The translations under genes and the position numbers were made by a program. Shown here piece by piece: positions 10,850 to 23,652 of a stretch of DNA of 37,550 nt. The stretch spans positions 1-37,550 of the forward strand of contig JNEM01009310.1 of assembly GCA_000697335.1 (NCBI GenBank), written 5' to 3'. The notes below the pieces were generated by a model. It saw nothing but the letters and a program-made list of their open reading frames with translations. It made no database searches and was not told where the DNA came from. Each line of letters opens with the position of its first letter. Position 1 is the stretch's first letter. This stretch comes from Conidiobolus incongruus B7586 (taxonomy: Eukaryota).

Positions 10850-12238
10850 ATGTTTAACTCAGCATCCAATCAAGAAGAAGTATCCACTATCTTTATGGTA
10901 GGTTTTCCTAAAGATTTTACTGAGAGAGAGCTTCAGAACATGTTTTTGTTTGCTCCTGGTTTTGAGGGTTCTTCTCTCAAAACTGCCGATAACTTGTCTC
11001 AATTTGACCTCATAAGCCATGGTTCTGATTCTTCCATTTTAAACCCATCTTCAAAGGGCCTTTTGGTTGGCTTTGCCAAATTCTCCAATCGCAGATACGC
11101 CCTTCAAGCTATCCAAATTTTGAACGGAAAGTCCATTGATATGGAAAAACAATCGTTTTTAAAGGTTGATATGGCTAAAAAGAACTTATCGGTTCGCAAA
11201 CCCTCATTTTTATCTTTCGTTCCAGCTTCTAAAGATTCTCTGGTCAACCGCTCTTTTACTTCTAGTGGACTTAGCTCTGATCTCACTTCAACCTCTTCCA
11301 ATGAAACTTTATCATCACCCTCAATCTATCCATGGGCATCTATGATTGATAACTTAATTGATGGAGGTGAACAAAGCGAGTCTGATAAAAACAGCGACTG
11401 GGAAGGCCCTTGGGCTATGGATGGGTCACCACCTTCTTCCATATTACCTCAAGTGGAACTCTTTGGCGCATTTTCCTCTGCTAACAAGTTTGGATCTGAC
11501 TCTCTTTTCTATCAATCTGGCCAAACTTACAACGATCGTGTCAAGCAATCCTTTGCTGATATTGCCTGCTCACCATTCCCTATTGGAACTACTCCTTCTG
11601 ACTCTCTTACCGAAAATTCCCTATCTACCTTTGCTCCTTTTGCCCCCCATCATTCAAATTCTCTTAACGAATCCTTAACCATTAACTCTTCCTTCAAGGA
11701 AAAGACCGCTTTGTATAAAAACATTCCTAATTTAGCAGATCAGAATCCCCCTTGCAACACTTTATATGTAGGCAACTTACCTCCTACTGTCATCGAAGAC
11801 GAACTCAAGAAACTTTTCGGAGAATGCGTGGGCTACAAGCGTCTTTGTGTCAGATATAAAGGTGGTGCTAATCCTCGCAACGGACCAATGTGCTTTGTTG
11901 AATTTGAATCTGAAGATTGTGCCACTAACGCTATGAACCAATTAAACGGACACTTCCTTTCCAACTCTGAGAAGGGTGGTATCCGTCTTAGCTATTCCAA
12001 GAATCCTTTAGGTGTTCGTCGTCAGATCCCAATCACTGCACCAATCTCCAAGCCAGTGACACCGCAAGCTTTTCTTTCATCCTCCTGCACAACCCGTGGT
12101 ACTTCCGCAAATGCACTGGCTCGTTCAGGTAGTTCAGACTCTCACCCCATTCCTATTGGCTCTAGCTTCAGCGGAATGCCATCTATGATGAGCAACAGCT
12201 TCGTGTCAACCGATTTCAAAATCTCTAATTGGATATAA
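10850..12238 (+). CDS. Whi3/Scw1-like RNA-binding protein with N- and C-terminal RRMs
   Basis: Intronless 462 aa. C-terminal [16 protein letters not shown]...GYKRLC...GPMCFVEFE...[15 protein letters not shown] is the Whi3/Whi4/Scw1 RRM signature. The N-terminal RRM is [29 protein letters not shown]...VGFAKF. Ser-rich linker between them. Confidence 0.88.
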   Translation: MFNSASNQEEVSTIFMVGFPKDFTERELQNMFLFAPGFEGSSLKTADNLSQFDLISHGSDSSILNPSSKGLLVGFAKFSNRRYALQAIQILNGKSIDMEKQSFLKVDMAKKNLSVRKPSFLSFVPASKDSLVNRSFTSSGLSSDLTSTSSNETLSSPSIYPWASMIDNLIDGGEQSESDKNSDWEGPWAMDGSPPSSILPQVELFGAFSSANKFGSDSLFYQSGQTYNDRVKQSFADIACSPFPIGTTPSDSLTENSLSTFAPFAPHHSNSLNESLTINSSFKEKTALYKNIPNLADQNPPCNTLYVGNLPPTVIEDELKKLFGECVGYKRLCVRYKGGANPRNGPMCFVEFESEDCATNAMNQLNGHFLSNSEKGGIRLSYSKNPLGVRRQIPITAPISKPVTPQAFLSSSCTTRGTSANALARSGSSDSHPIPIGSSFSGMPSMMSNSFVSTDFKISNWI

Positions 12239-15200
12239 TTTGCTTAGAAAGAACGTTTCCAAGTTCGATTACGCTTGATCATCTCCATATCGCTTATCCA
12301 CCGCCAATTATCCGTAAAATTTTTCACAATTCTACTGATTGCAGAATCAGCTAGTATTATTATTGTGATTAATTTTATGCCATATTTAATTATTCGACTT
12401 AACCTCTTTCCATTCAATAACACCCCCAACAACTAATTAATTTACAACATTTTCACCTATAACATCCATTATGCCTTGATTTAATTTACCTTGAGAGAGC
12501 GACGTATGAAATCCTGAAAGTTCAGAATTCTTTGGGGATTTCATACCTGTTCTCAACACCTGCTTAAATTGAAATAATTTATTATTTGACATTGACACCT
12601 TTTATTTCAAATTTACAATTGTTTATTATGAATTAACTTATACAATATTACACTACATTACTACCACCCACTTACTTTCCCCTTCAAATTCCTTTCAAAA
12701 TTAACACTCAGTTTAAAGCTTGCCTCAATTTCAATATTCTTAATTATTATGATATTTAATTACAATATCAAAAATAAATATCTTTGATAAGTTTTTTATC
12801 AAAATTTTTGACACAGTATATTAATATGTTTTAATAAAAATATTATATATTATATGTTTTATTTAAATATATAACATTTTTAATAAAAGTTAATTTTTAT
12901 AAGAAATGATTTTGAACCATATTTGATTGATATCAAAGATGATGATTTGTATTAAATCATGTCATATTAAATTAATAAAATGGGTTAAGCATAAAAATTT
13001 TATCTCAAATTAAAATAAAAAGTTATAATAAAGAGTGATAATATAGCTAGTGATAGATTAAGTTAATTTTTTTATTCAAGTTTTCCCTATTACTCAATTA
13101 AAAAATTATTATTATTATTATTTATTTACGGAATATTTTATTTAATTATAATTTTTATAAAATCTTTTTATTAATTAAATTTAATTATAATTTTTATAAA
13201 ATATTTTAATTTTGTTTAATATAGAGTTTAAATATTATTTATTAATGAATATATTGATTATATTAATGTTTATAATAATTTTTTTTTCTTAAAATTTTAT
13301 TTAATAATAAGTAAACTTAATTTAGAAATGGATTAGTTACTAAATATATATATTAAAAAGTAATTTATTAATAATAGTTAAGTGTATTCTTTAACTTTTC
13401 AATTTTTAATTAAAAAATATTTTTAATTGAAATAATTTATTTTTTTTTCAAACAACTGTCAATTAATAATTAATCAATTAAATAAGTATTATAAATTAAC
13501 AATAATTATCGTATTAATGTTAAAATTTCAAATATATTATTATATTACTATTTGTTAGAGATTAGTTAATAATTTTGGGTATTAATGATAATAGTAATAA
13601 TAATATTATTATTATTATTGAAAAAAATATTAATATTTATAAAGCTGATTTATATAAATTAATACATTTTTATATATTCTAAATTAAGATAAATAAAATT
13701 AGAAATAAGTTACTTTTTTTCAAATAAGATATTTTCAAAAAAAATTATTTAAATATAATTGAATACTCTATATATAATATTTTTGTTGAACTATGTAATT
13801 ATTAAAAATAACTTATTTTGCACACAAAAAAATTATAATTTTGGTGATATTTTAAAGATATATCAATTAATCCAAAAAGTTAAATAAATATCAATTTAAT
13901 ATTATTTTAATATATCATTTATTTAGTATAATTAGATTACTCAAATTATATTCATTTATTTGTTAAAATTTTATTCGTTTAAAAATTTATTTTTAGAAAT
14001 TATTAATTAATGAATTGACTTAATATTTTAAACATTATAATTAAAATTGAATATTATTTTTATATTTTTTTTAATAAATTTTTTTTTTAAAAAAAAACTA
14101 TTTTGATCTAATTATTGGTTAATATATATGAAAAATATTAATTTACTGTTCAATGTATATAAGTTTTCTTAAAATCTTATATGCTATTATAAACCTTGAT
14201 AAATTTATTTGTGACTTTTCATTTGAAAAAATAACAAATAAAGAATATTTATAACATCTTTCATGATAAATTTTAGAATTATTATAATATTTATAAGTAT
14301 TTAAATAATATAACTTTAACATGTGATATACTTTAAAAGTGTATCAAATCTTATTGACTTTTAATTTAAACTTTTTAATATATATTTAAAAAAAAGTTTA
14401 TATTCTTAATAATATTATCTATTAAATTAAATAAAAATTATTATATCAAATCTTTGTGATTTTTCATCCGAATAGTCACAAAACCTTTTTATAATATAAA
14501 TTAAATTAAATTTTAAATTCTTTGGTATTGAATAATAATTAGGTAATTTAATTTAATTAAAAATTTATATACTCTAATTTTTCTTTTTCTTTTAAAAAAT
14601 TATTATATTTTTAATTTTTTTTTCTTTAAAATATAAATAAAAATAATATTCTATTCAAATTGTAAATGAAGTTAAAATCACAATAATATTATAACCTTAA
14701 AGTATATGGTATATGTATTATAATTGTTAGTTTCACTGCTTTAAATTTATTGATTATAAAAAAATCAGTGTTTTAAATCATTCACATTTATCAATATTAA
14801 TATAAATTGATTGAAATTTTGGTTAATTGATATTAATTAATTGTAATCAACAACTGTTTGAATATAAAATTATTATGAATTAATTAACCTTATGAATCTA
14901 TACATTATGATTCAATAATATTCATTAATGAGATAAATGATAAACTTGAAAAAAATTATATAGATATATTTTATACAGAGATTAGATCTTAAATAATAAG
15001 AAAGTACTGTACATCAACGAGTGAATTGAGTCATTAATATTATTTAATCCTATATATTAATTATAGGTGTTAATTTTCCTTCGTTTTAACTAATTGAACA
15101 GATTTCAAAATAAAATTGAATATTCAATAATATGAAATTAGTTATTATAATGAAATACATATTAAGAAATTAAAGCTGAAAATAAATGAATAAAGATATA

Positions 15201-15275
15201 AAATCATATTAATACTTGTAATGTGATATCTTTCTTGTTTTGTTATGCTTTGGAAAAGAAAAAAAATAAATTGAA

Positions 15276-15884
15276 TTATATATTATCTAAAGCGATATCT
15301 AAATGCTGACGAATATCTTTAGATTCGGGATCTAGAGCGAGAGCTATTTCGAAAGCGTCGACAGCTTCGCCAAACATACCGAGACCGACGAGAGCTCTGC
15401 CCTTTCTGAAGAAGCCCTTGGGCCAGTTAGGTTTCATGTTGGTGACAATTTCTGAATCGTAAAGTGCATTGGAAAAGTCACCAATCTCTAAGAAGCAGGC
15501 AGCTCTGTTTGATAGAAGAACTGATACTTCTTCGGAAACAATATTGGGGGAGTCCCAAACGGGTCTGGTTCTAGATGCCTTGATACCTTCAGTATATAAT
15601 TGAATAGCTTCTTCGTACTTTTCAGCCTTGAAGCAGTCGTTACCCTGAGCCTTTAACTTGGCGACGCGTTCAGCGGTCGCAGGGTTGGGAGGAGGCAAAT
15701 AGCCTTGATTTGCACGGAAAGCTCTAGCCATAAGGTTGGTATCGGCAAAGTCCAAATCACATTCTAAACAAAATTCGCTACCATGAGGTTGACATTGAAT
15801 AAAATTGTTAACAAGTTGGACACCAGGATATATGATTTCAGCTTGAGGTTGTTGTTCTACAGGATTTTCAGTATTTGTGCTCAT
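15276..15884 (-). CDS. SEC72: Sec72-like TPR subunit of the Sec63 translocation complex
   Basis: 202 aa; PPPNP..RVAKLKAQGN..F, RPVWD...EEVSVLLSNRAA and KPNWPKGFFRKGRAL TPR motifs as in fungal Sec72; N-terminal CxxHxxxxCxxC motif. Confidence 0.75.
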   Translation of the reverse strand: MSTNTENPVEQQPQAEIIYPGVQLVNNFIQCQPHGSEFCLECDLDFADTNLMARAFRANQGYLPPPNPATAERVAKLKAQGNDCFKAEKYEEAIQLYTEGIKASRTRPVWDSPNIVSEEVSVLLSNRAACFLEIGDFSNALYDSEIVTNMKPNWPKGFFRKGRALVGLGMFGEAVDAFEIALALDPESKDIRQHLDIALDNI

Positions 15885-16390
15885 TATTTATGATTATTAT
15901 TATAATATCAATTTTTAATAATTATAATTGAATTTAATATTTTTTATAAATAGAAAATGATTATTGAAATATTTTGGACTTTTAAATTAAATGTATTGTA
16001 TTATTGATTAGAATTGACCAATCATCGTTAGTAGAGTGGTTGATTTCATTCTCTTTATTAAATTAATGGGATTACAATTTGATTGAATTAAATTATATTA
16101 AATTTGAAGTGTTTGTTAAAAACTAATATCAATTCAAACCTTTAATAGCTATTTATTCATTTAAAGTATATAAGAACAAAAATATTCCATGATTGTTTAA
16201 ATAAACTCCACACTATCTATATAATGATATTATATAATCTTTATCAATTTTTTTTCATATTTTGTAAAAGTTATTAAGATTATTTAAATTTGAGTAAATT
16301 TTAAAATTTGTAATACGAAAAAAGATAAAATATCATTAATAATTATTGTTATTATTATAAATATGTATTTGAAATATAACATTCCAATTG

Positions 16391-16391
<1 letters not shown>

Positions 16392-16427
<36 letters not shown>
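16392..16427. repeat. (TA)18 microsatellite
   Basis: Perfect dinucleotide run. Confidence 0.95.
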
Positions 16428-16431
<4 letters not shown>

Positions 16432-17088
16432 ATTTTGATTATAATATCTTCAAAATACCAACAGTTTCAATTAATTTAAATTTTTATTAATCACAAAGAA
16501 TTAAATTTGTCTTATTTCAAAATATTTATGAGTAAAATAATGAATATAGTGGATGAATCTGTACAATACTAAAAATTGTTTTTGTGTTTTATTAATTAAT
16601 ATCAACATTGTAATTAATTCAAAAGAATACCAAGATACATAATATTATCTTTCAATTATTATTCAAATTGATATTTTTATTTTAAATAATTTTTGATAAC
16701 TTAAACTATTAACTAAAATATTAATGCTTTAATTTAGAATATGTTGAAATATATGTTTTAAATAGAGTGAAGATTAAAAATAATTTTAATCATAAATGTT
16801 AATATCGAAATCATCAAACCAATAATACAATGTATATCCCTTGTCAAAGAAATTTGAATTAAAAAAATGAGTATTAGAATATATCAAAAGTTATCATTTA
16901 AAATAAAATCTTTGAATATTCATTTTGAAATATTGTCAAATTTTAAAAATAAAATGCATAAAAATATAAATTATATAAAAAAGTAACAAATAGCAAATTT
17001 TCAATTAGTGTATTTATGTATTTGAATAATTTTATTATTTATATATTCAAAAGTCATAATCAATATGACTATATTTCAACAAAATGAT

Positions 17089-17161
17089 GGGGAATTAGCT
17101 CAAATGGTAGAGCGCTCGCTTAGCATGCGAGAGGCACGGGGATCGATACCCCGATTCTCCA
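17089..17161 (+). tRNA. tRNA-Ala(AGC), intronless
   Basis: GGGGAATTAGCTCAAATGGTAGAGCGCTCGCTTAGCATGCGAGAGGCACGGGGATCGATACCCCGATTCTCCA folds as a 73-nt cloverleaf with anticodon loop TT-AGC-AT and the G3:U70 alanine identity pair. TTTT lies about 20 nt downstream. Confidence 0.97.
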
Positions 17162-17576
17162 TTATTAAGATACTGAGTCGGATTTTAAAATTACATTTAA
17201 TTGTTTATTTTTAATTCTTTTAGTGTTCATATATATATATAAATATAATGGGAAGAATTATCAAATTTTAATAATTATTAAATTGTTATTATTCACAATT
17301 TTTCGATATTTCAAATAATAAAAATTCAATATTTACAACAATGATTAAATGTAAAATTATAATAAAGACATCTTATGATTATTGGTTAATAACTCAAGTG
17401 ACTTAAAATATGGCTTGTAAAAATTACCTCGATATTACAAAAGTCACCAAAACCATAATCAAAATTACCTAAAAATTAAAAATTTAAATCCCAGGTTATT
17501 CATTCTCAAACTTAATTCAACCTCTAAATATTTATTTAAAAAATCAAAAAAAAATCAATAAATATAACACAATAAT

Positions 17577-20500
17577 ATGTTTTGGAAATACAGTTCAGCA
17601 TCAAGTTCCAATTTGACAGATTTACTAAATAAAGAAAATGTGGAACTTGAAGAAATTTTATTACAAGAAGATATTATTACTGAGACTAGATTTAATGAAC
17701 AGTTGATAGATTAGTAATTGAACTTTATATCATAATTTATGTTTTATTAATACTTCCATATAGTTTAATTTTACCTGAACAAATTGAAAAATTAATAGAT
17801 TTATCTTTATTTGATATAAATTTGAAAGATTCTTACAAAGAGAATGAAAATAGGTAAAAAAAATATTAAAAAAATAATAATAATAATTTAAATTTATTTA
17901 AAAATCAAAATTATTATTATTAGATTAAGTTATTTAAGTAGTGAAATATTGTCCTCGGAAAATTGGTCCATTTGTGAAGCAATAACCCAAGATTTAAAAA
18001 ATTTGGACAAGATTTGGTCTTTTATTATCAATAATAGTGATATTGATATTAAAAAAAGCTTAAGTTTTTTTAAAATTTTAAATTATTTATTTGCAAAGAG
18101 TGAAAAAGTAATGAATTTTTGATACATAATCATTGGGAAAGATTAATTTTCTGTTTTTAGTCTAGAGAATATTTTAAAAGTCGACAGGAGTTATTGGGAT
18201 GTTTGTTGGATCATTTAAATTTGGGTCCTATTCAAGATTTAATTCAAAGAATGTTGCAAATGTCAGATACTAGAAATAATGAAGATTCTGTAAATTATTT
18301 TTGATTCATAAATATAATGATGTGTTGATCATATTTCAACGTTAGTGGTTTCCAACTCAGAGTTTGGTGCAGGGTTTAGTTAGTAAAATTCATCCCAATC
18401 AATCGACAAATGTAAGTTATATTATTATTGATCAAAGTATTTAGTAAATTAAACCAATATTAGGAGATTGAAGCTGCTTGTGATTTATTAATTGAATGCA
18501 TGGAATTCAAACCGAGTAATTTGGAGTTTTCTAATTTATCTTTAGATGACTCAAGACACGCTTACATTATCAAAGACTTACTAATGTAATACACGTTTGA
18601 AATCAAATTTACGTCATTATTAATACATTTTAATGGATAGAGAAGGTGTAATTGATGTAATTATTGAACCTATGAAACAATGGGAAGGAGAAAATTTCAC
18701 ATCCTATTTAATTAATACAATTAGAATGATTAACGAATTATTAAGACATATACCAAGGTAATATCATAATTTATATATTTATTGATTTAACTGTATTTAA
18801 CCTAATATTAGTGAAAAATACCTATCACCAACTTCAAATCAATTATTAGTATCTGATTATTTTATTTTGATTGAGAAATTAAATGATATTTTACCAAAAT
18901 TAATTCAATCTTTGGAATCTCATCCTTTTATGGTAATCGATATATATATTTATAAAAATGATAAGTGTAAAATCTAATACTGACATGATTTAGGAAGGAA
19001 CAATTACCAATACCACTGGAACTTTTAAGCCTTTAGGGGTTATCAGACTAAAGCTATTTGAATTAATTTCAAGTTTAACAAGATTCATCCATCAGCTTCA
19101 GCATGGTGACAATTCTAAATCTCCCAATACAGAAAAAGATGATTCCAAATTAAATTTATCTGCTAACGAAGGACCCAGTTTAAATATTTCAGTATCAACA
19201 ATCAGTACTAAAAATAACGAATCAATCATGGTACTCAATTCAGCTCAACTTGACCAATATAAAAATCAAAAGCAAGAACTTGTCAATCGTACCATCTCTA
19301 TTTTTATTCAATATAATTTAATTAATATTATGATGGTGAGTTTATCAAATAATGTTAGAATTTCAACTAAGATTTGTATTAGGATTTATTCTTTAAGTAC
19401 GAATGGAACAATGTTTTGCATCAAGTGGTTTATGATATTATTCATCATTTACTCCATTTTAGACCCAATGAGTCTAATGAATTTCACATCAAGTTGCTTG
19501 CTTCTCTATTTGAAGAGCGTTCCATTTTCCAACGAATTATCGAATCTCAAAAAGTTAACGAGGAAAAATCGTAATGTTATTTTATTAATTCTAACTTAAT
19601 AATAATCACTGACATTGTATTAGAGTTCAATTCCGTGGTACAAGACTCGGATATATGGGCTACATAACTCAAATCACGGAAGATTTAATAGATTTTATCC
19701 CATTTGCACCTGACGAGCTCAAGTCACTTATAACAACGCAAACTGAAGATCCTGCATGGAAACATTACATCGACGAAATCTACACCAAACACAAAGAGAG
19801 TCAAGAGAAAGTATTGGGTGGAAAATCTATTGAAAACTTAATTCACTCTAATTCCACATCCTATCAAAACGAAAGTGATTTCGATTCTGTCTCCCCCTAC
19901 AAATCCATTATCGATGAGGATTTGGATCAGTCTAGTGATGATGACGTAATTCAATTGTATTTATAACCTATGTTACTCTAGATTAATTTTATTATAGTTA
20001 CATCAATTTTTATCCCAATACAGTCATCCTACAGATGATGATAATCAAATTGAAGTCTTAGATGAAGAATACGAATGGGAAGGGTAAATACACTATCCAA
20101 TCATTTAATTCAATATTCATCATTTTTTAGTGCTCATGATTCTCAAGATTTTGAAGGTCATTCTGAAGATAATATTGTAAATTTATTTATAAAAACAACT
20201 CAATATAAGTTAATTTACAATCACTTTTAGCCATTCTTTATTCATAGGTCAAGCTCTGATGTTGAAGTGGTAATATTAAGTGTTGAAAATATTTCACAAT
20301 ATATTCCAATCATTTATTGTTAGACAAGTCACCTTTCACTTGAAGAAGACGGAGCGAACTTAAGTTTTGGAGATTCCGACCCCCAAGACTTCTTCACGGA
20401 CGAAGTTCCACTTTACGAACACTTCGCCAAAACCGTAATTCATGACTCCAAATTTGGTAGTTTTGGATCCGCTTCGACACCTTCTAACTCCAGTCCCCTA

Positions 20501-20614
20501 AGACTGTTGTATGAGGATGAAGAGGAAGCAGAGAATAATCAACCAGATGAAAGTTTTGAAGATTTAGAAGAATTATCACCCAAGAAGGGTAGAGCTGAAG
20601 ATGAATCTAATTAA
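17577..20614 (+). CDS. SAPS-domain protein (SIT4-associated / PP6 regulatory subunit, Sap155/185/190-Ekc1 family), 15 exons
   Basis: Hand-built exons: 17577-17713, 17764-17853, 17924-18107, 18161-18289, 18346-18411, 18464-18585, 18641-18757, 18812-18932, 18994-19335, 19383-19570, 19624-19945, 19998-20083, 20131-20176, 20231-20269, 20324-20614, all GT-AG and frame-consistent. Motifs: MFWKY..LTDLLNKENVELEEIL, SEILSSENWSICEA, TTGTFKPLGVIRLKLFEL, DLFFKYEWNNVLHQVVYDII, RLGYMGYIT; acidic tail. Confidence 0.88.
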
Positions 20615-21815
20615 TATAATGTTATCATAAATTAATTTATTTATTAAAAAATAAATTTTATCAAATTAATTTGTTAACAATAATATTATTTTTATTTATA
20701 TTTTTATAAAAATATTTTATAATATAATAATATCATTTCATAATATATTATTACAATAATATTCAGTCTAATATGTCAAAATATTTAAAGTTATAAGAAA
20801 TATACTAATTAAAAATTAATCTTAAATTTATTTGATTAAACCAGATATAATTACCAGTTGAAATTAATAAACAAAAATTATTTATACATAATATGATTAC
20901 TAAACCTTTCCTAAACAAACCCAATTATATTATTATATCTGACTTTGATCTACAAAAAATTTAATGAATGATATTGAGAAAAAGATGACTAATTAAATGT
21001 CAATTGAGTATTATAATTTTTATCTCCATACCAATCACATTCTAAGCAAACTTTCTACCATTACAAATAATTATTCATACTCTTAATTTAAAATTTAAAA
21101 TTTATTAATTATTTTAATTATTTGATTTCCCCAATTCATATGTTTTTCATATATGTACTTTTGTTGATAATATTATATATTTTTATAATATTATTAATTT
21201 AATTATTGGAATTACTAATAATAATAAAATTAAAATTAATATTTTCAAAAAGATAATTTTGAAACAAATATAATTATAATTATCTAGTTATATCAACAAC
21301 ATTTTTAAATCATTTCAACATATAATTATAAATATACTTATAATTATTAATATATATATATTATTTAAAATTTATTTTAATACAAATAAAATCAATTATT
21401 GATATTTAATTTATGAAAATATATCATATCTTCAATCAGAGTTATATTTTTGTTTTATATTATTTTTTGCTTCAAATTGGGATATTTTCAAAAAAAATTT
21501 TTAAATACAATTCAATATTATCTAATATTAGCTTGAATCATGAAATTATGAAAAATCATATATTCGAATTCATTCCAAATTGTATAAATCATCTATAAAT
21601 TGATTGATCCCAAATGATGAATTCATATTAACAAACTTATAAAATTTCAATATCCCTAATAATCAAATCTAATGAATGTTTAACTCCTCAGTACCTTTAC
21701 TATCTTAATTATCAAAATTTATTCATTCCAAAAGCTCAGTTTTTTTTACCACTTTTGTTACTATCTATTCAATTATAAATATTTTTTTAAAATTTAAATA
21801 ATTGCAAATTATAAT

Positions 21816-22970
21816 ATGGAGGGATTATTTTTTAATGTTAATGACGGTTTTTTAGAAGCTATGGTAAGAGGTTACCGTAGTGGTATTATTACTCAATCGG
21901 GTTATTTAAACTTGACCCAGTGTGAAACTTTAGAAGGTAAATAACAAAAATTAATATTCTAATCAATAGTCAATTAATAATAATTTTGAATAGATTTACA
22001 ATTACAACTGGCTTCAACCGATTATGGTGCAATTTTACAAAATGAAGCTTCTCCAATCGCTACTTCAACTATTTCCGAACGTTGTACGGAACAACTGGTT
22101 CAAGAGTTTAAATATATTAAATCTCAAGCTGCTCAACCTTTGGCTAAATTTTTGGACTATATGACGTAAGTTTTCATGAATAGTTTTTTTATTTGGTATT
22201 AATTTGGATTGATTGAAATTAGCTATTCTTATATGATTGATAATGTCGTTTTATTAATTACTGGTACACTTCACGGTAGAGATACTCATGAATTGTTGGA
22301 GAGATGTCATCCTTTAGGTTTATTCGATACCTTACCAGCTCTATGTGTAGCTACCAACGTTGCGGAATTATACAACACAGTTATTGTCGAAACCCCATTA
22401 GCTCCATATTTTAAAAACTGCTTGTCAGCCCAAGATTTGGACGAAATGAATATTGAAATTATTCGCAATACCCTTTACAAGGAGTACCTCTTGGATTTTT
22501 ATAATTTCTGTCATACTATTAACGACGTTACTGCTGAAGTTATGGGTAAAATTTTAAAGTTTGAAGCTGATCGTTTAACTATTAACGTTACCATCAATTC
22601 TTTCGGTACCGAATTGACGAAGGATGATAGAGCTCAATTGTACCCCAGTTTGGGTGTTTTATACCCTGAAGGTGCTGCTAAATTGGCTAGATCCGACGAT
22701 ATCGAGCAAGTTAGGAGTATTTGCGATTATGTTGTCGAATATCGTCCCTTCTTCGAATCGCTATCCGATCAAAACACCACCTTGGAAGATAAATTTTTCG
22801 AATATGAAGTTAGTTTGAATAAGGAATCTTTCGAACAACAATTCCACTATGGTATCTTTTACTCTTACTTCAAATTAAAGGAACAGGAAGTTCGTAACAT
22901 CGTTTGGATTGCCGAATGTATCAGTCAAAATCAAAAAGACAGAATTAACAGTTATATCCCGATTTTTTAA
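21816..22970 (+). CDS. VMA6: V-type ATPase V0 subunit d, 3 exons
   Basis: Exons 21816-21936, 21994-22165, 22223-22970. [23 protein letters not shown]...[71 protein letters not shown]. Confidence 0.97.
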
Positions 22971-23652
22971 ACTATTTCCACAAAACTCACCTCCTCATTC
23001 ACATTAATTCAATATATAATACTACCAAAACCTTTATATATTTATTCTTTATCCTTTTTTAAACTTTACTTTAATATACTCTATTAATATTATCAACAAT
23101 ATCAAAGATTATATTTGATTAATTAAATCCAATCATTTTTTAATATTTACAATTATTTTTTATACAAAAAAAATATTAATCAATTTATTCAAAAACGCGT
23201 CATTACAAATTAATCAATAAGTTTGAATTATTGATTCAATATTCTGCGAATCTAAGCTGAACCCATCGATTTATTTCAAAAATTAACAGTGCTAATAACT
23301 AATATATTTCTTATATCATCAATTCATTTTTTATTGTATTAATCAATATTATAACGATTATCAAATTAAATTAAAATATTCATCGAATAAGAGATACTTA
23401 ATATATCGAATGATTGAGGGTTTGTCGTATGATAATTATTAGAATTGATTTTTTATCTAAGTGACTAATAATAAGAACGTTTGATTAAGTGATTCAAATA
23501 CTATTTATATATTTACAAATGTTCATTTGATTGTTGTTTTTTGATATTATATCTCAGTTATAAAAATATTTAATATCATTATAATTAAAATATATATTGA
23601 ATCTAAAGCTTTTTTAATCAATTTTAAATAAACAATCTTTTTTGGCTTAAAT

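Noticed and set aside
12504..12546. Possible SECIS element (ATGA...AA...GA) in the RRM gene 3' region
   Set aside because: The ATGA is fully Watson-Crick paired rather than forming a GA quartet, and the upstream gene has no in-frame TGA.
13140..13202. 24-nt direct repeat ATTTAATTATAATTTTTATAAAAT (two copies)
   Set aside because: Pure A/T low-complexity sequence in an extremely AT-rich tract; probably local slippage with no evident function.
12790..15270. Very AT-rich gene-free tract as a candidate centromere or origin
   Set aside because: Similar AT-rich spacers occur throughout the window; no diagnostic motif.
19228..19966. ORF-track proteins of 123 aa and 103 aa as independent genes
   Set aside because: They are exon-plus-intron fragments of the spliced SAPS gene.
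21413..21598. 61-aa ORF, and similar ORFs at 7621, 12244, 23547, 27856, 28579 and 30506
   Set aside because: Ile/Phe/Asn/Lys-rich translations typical of random AT-rich DNA; several lack an ATG start.
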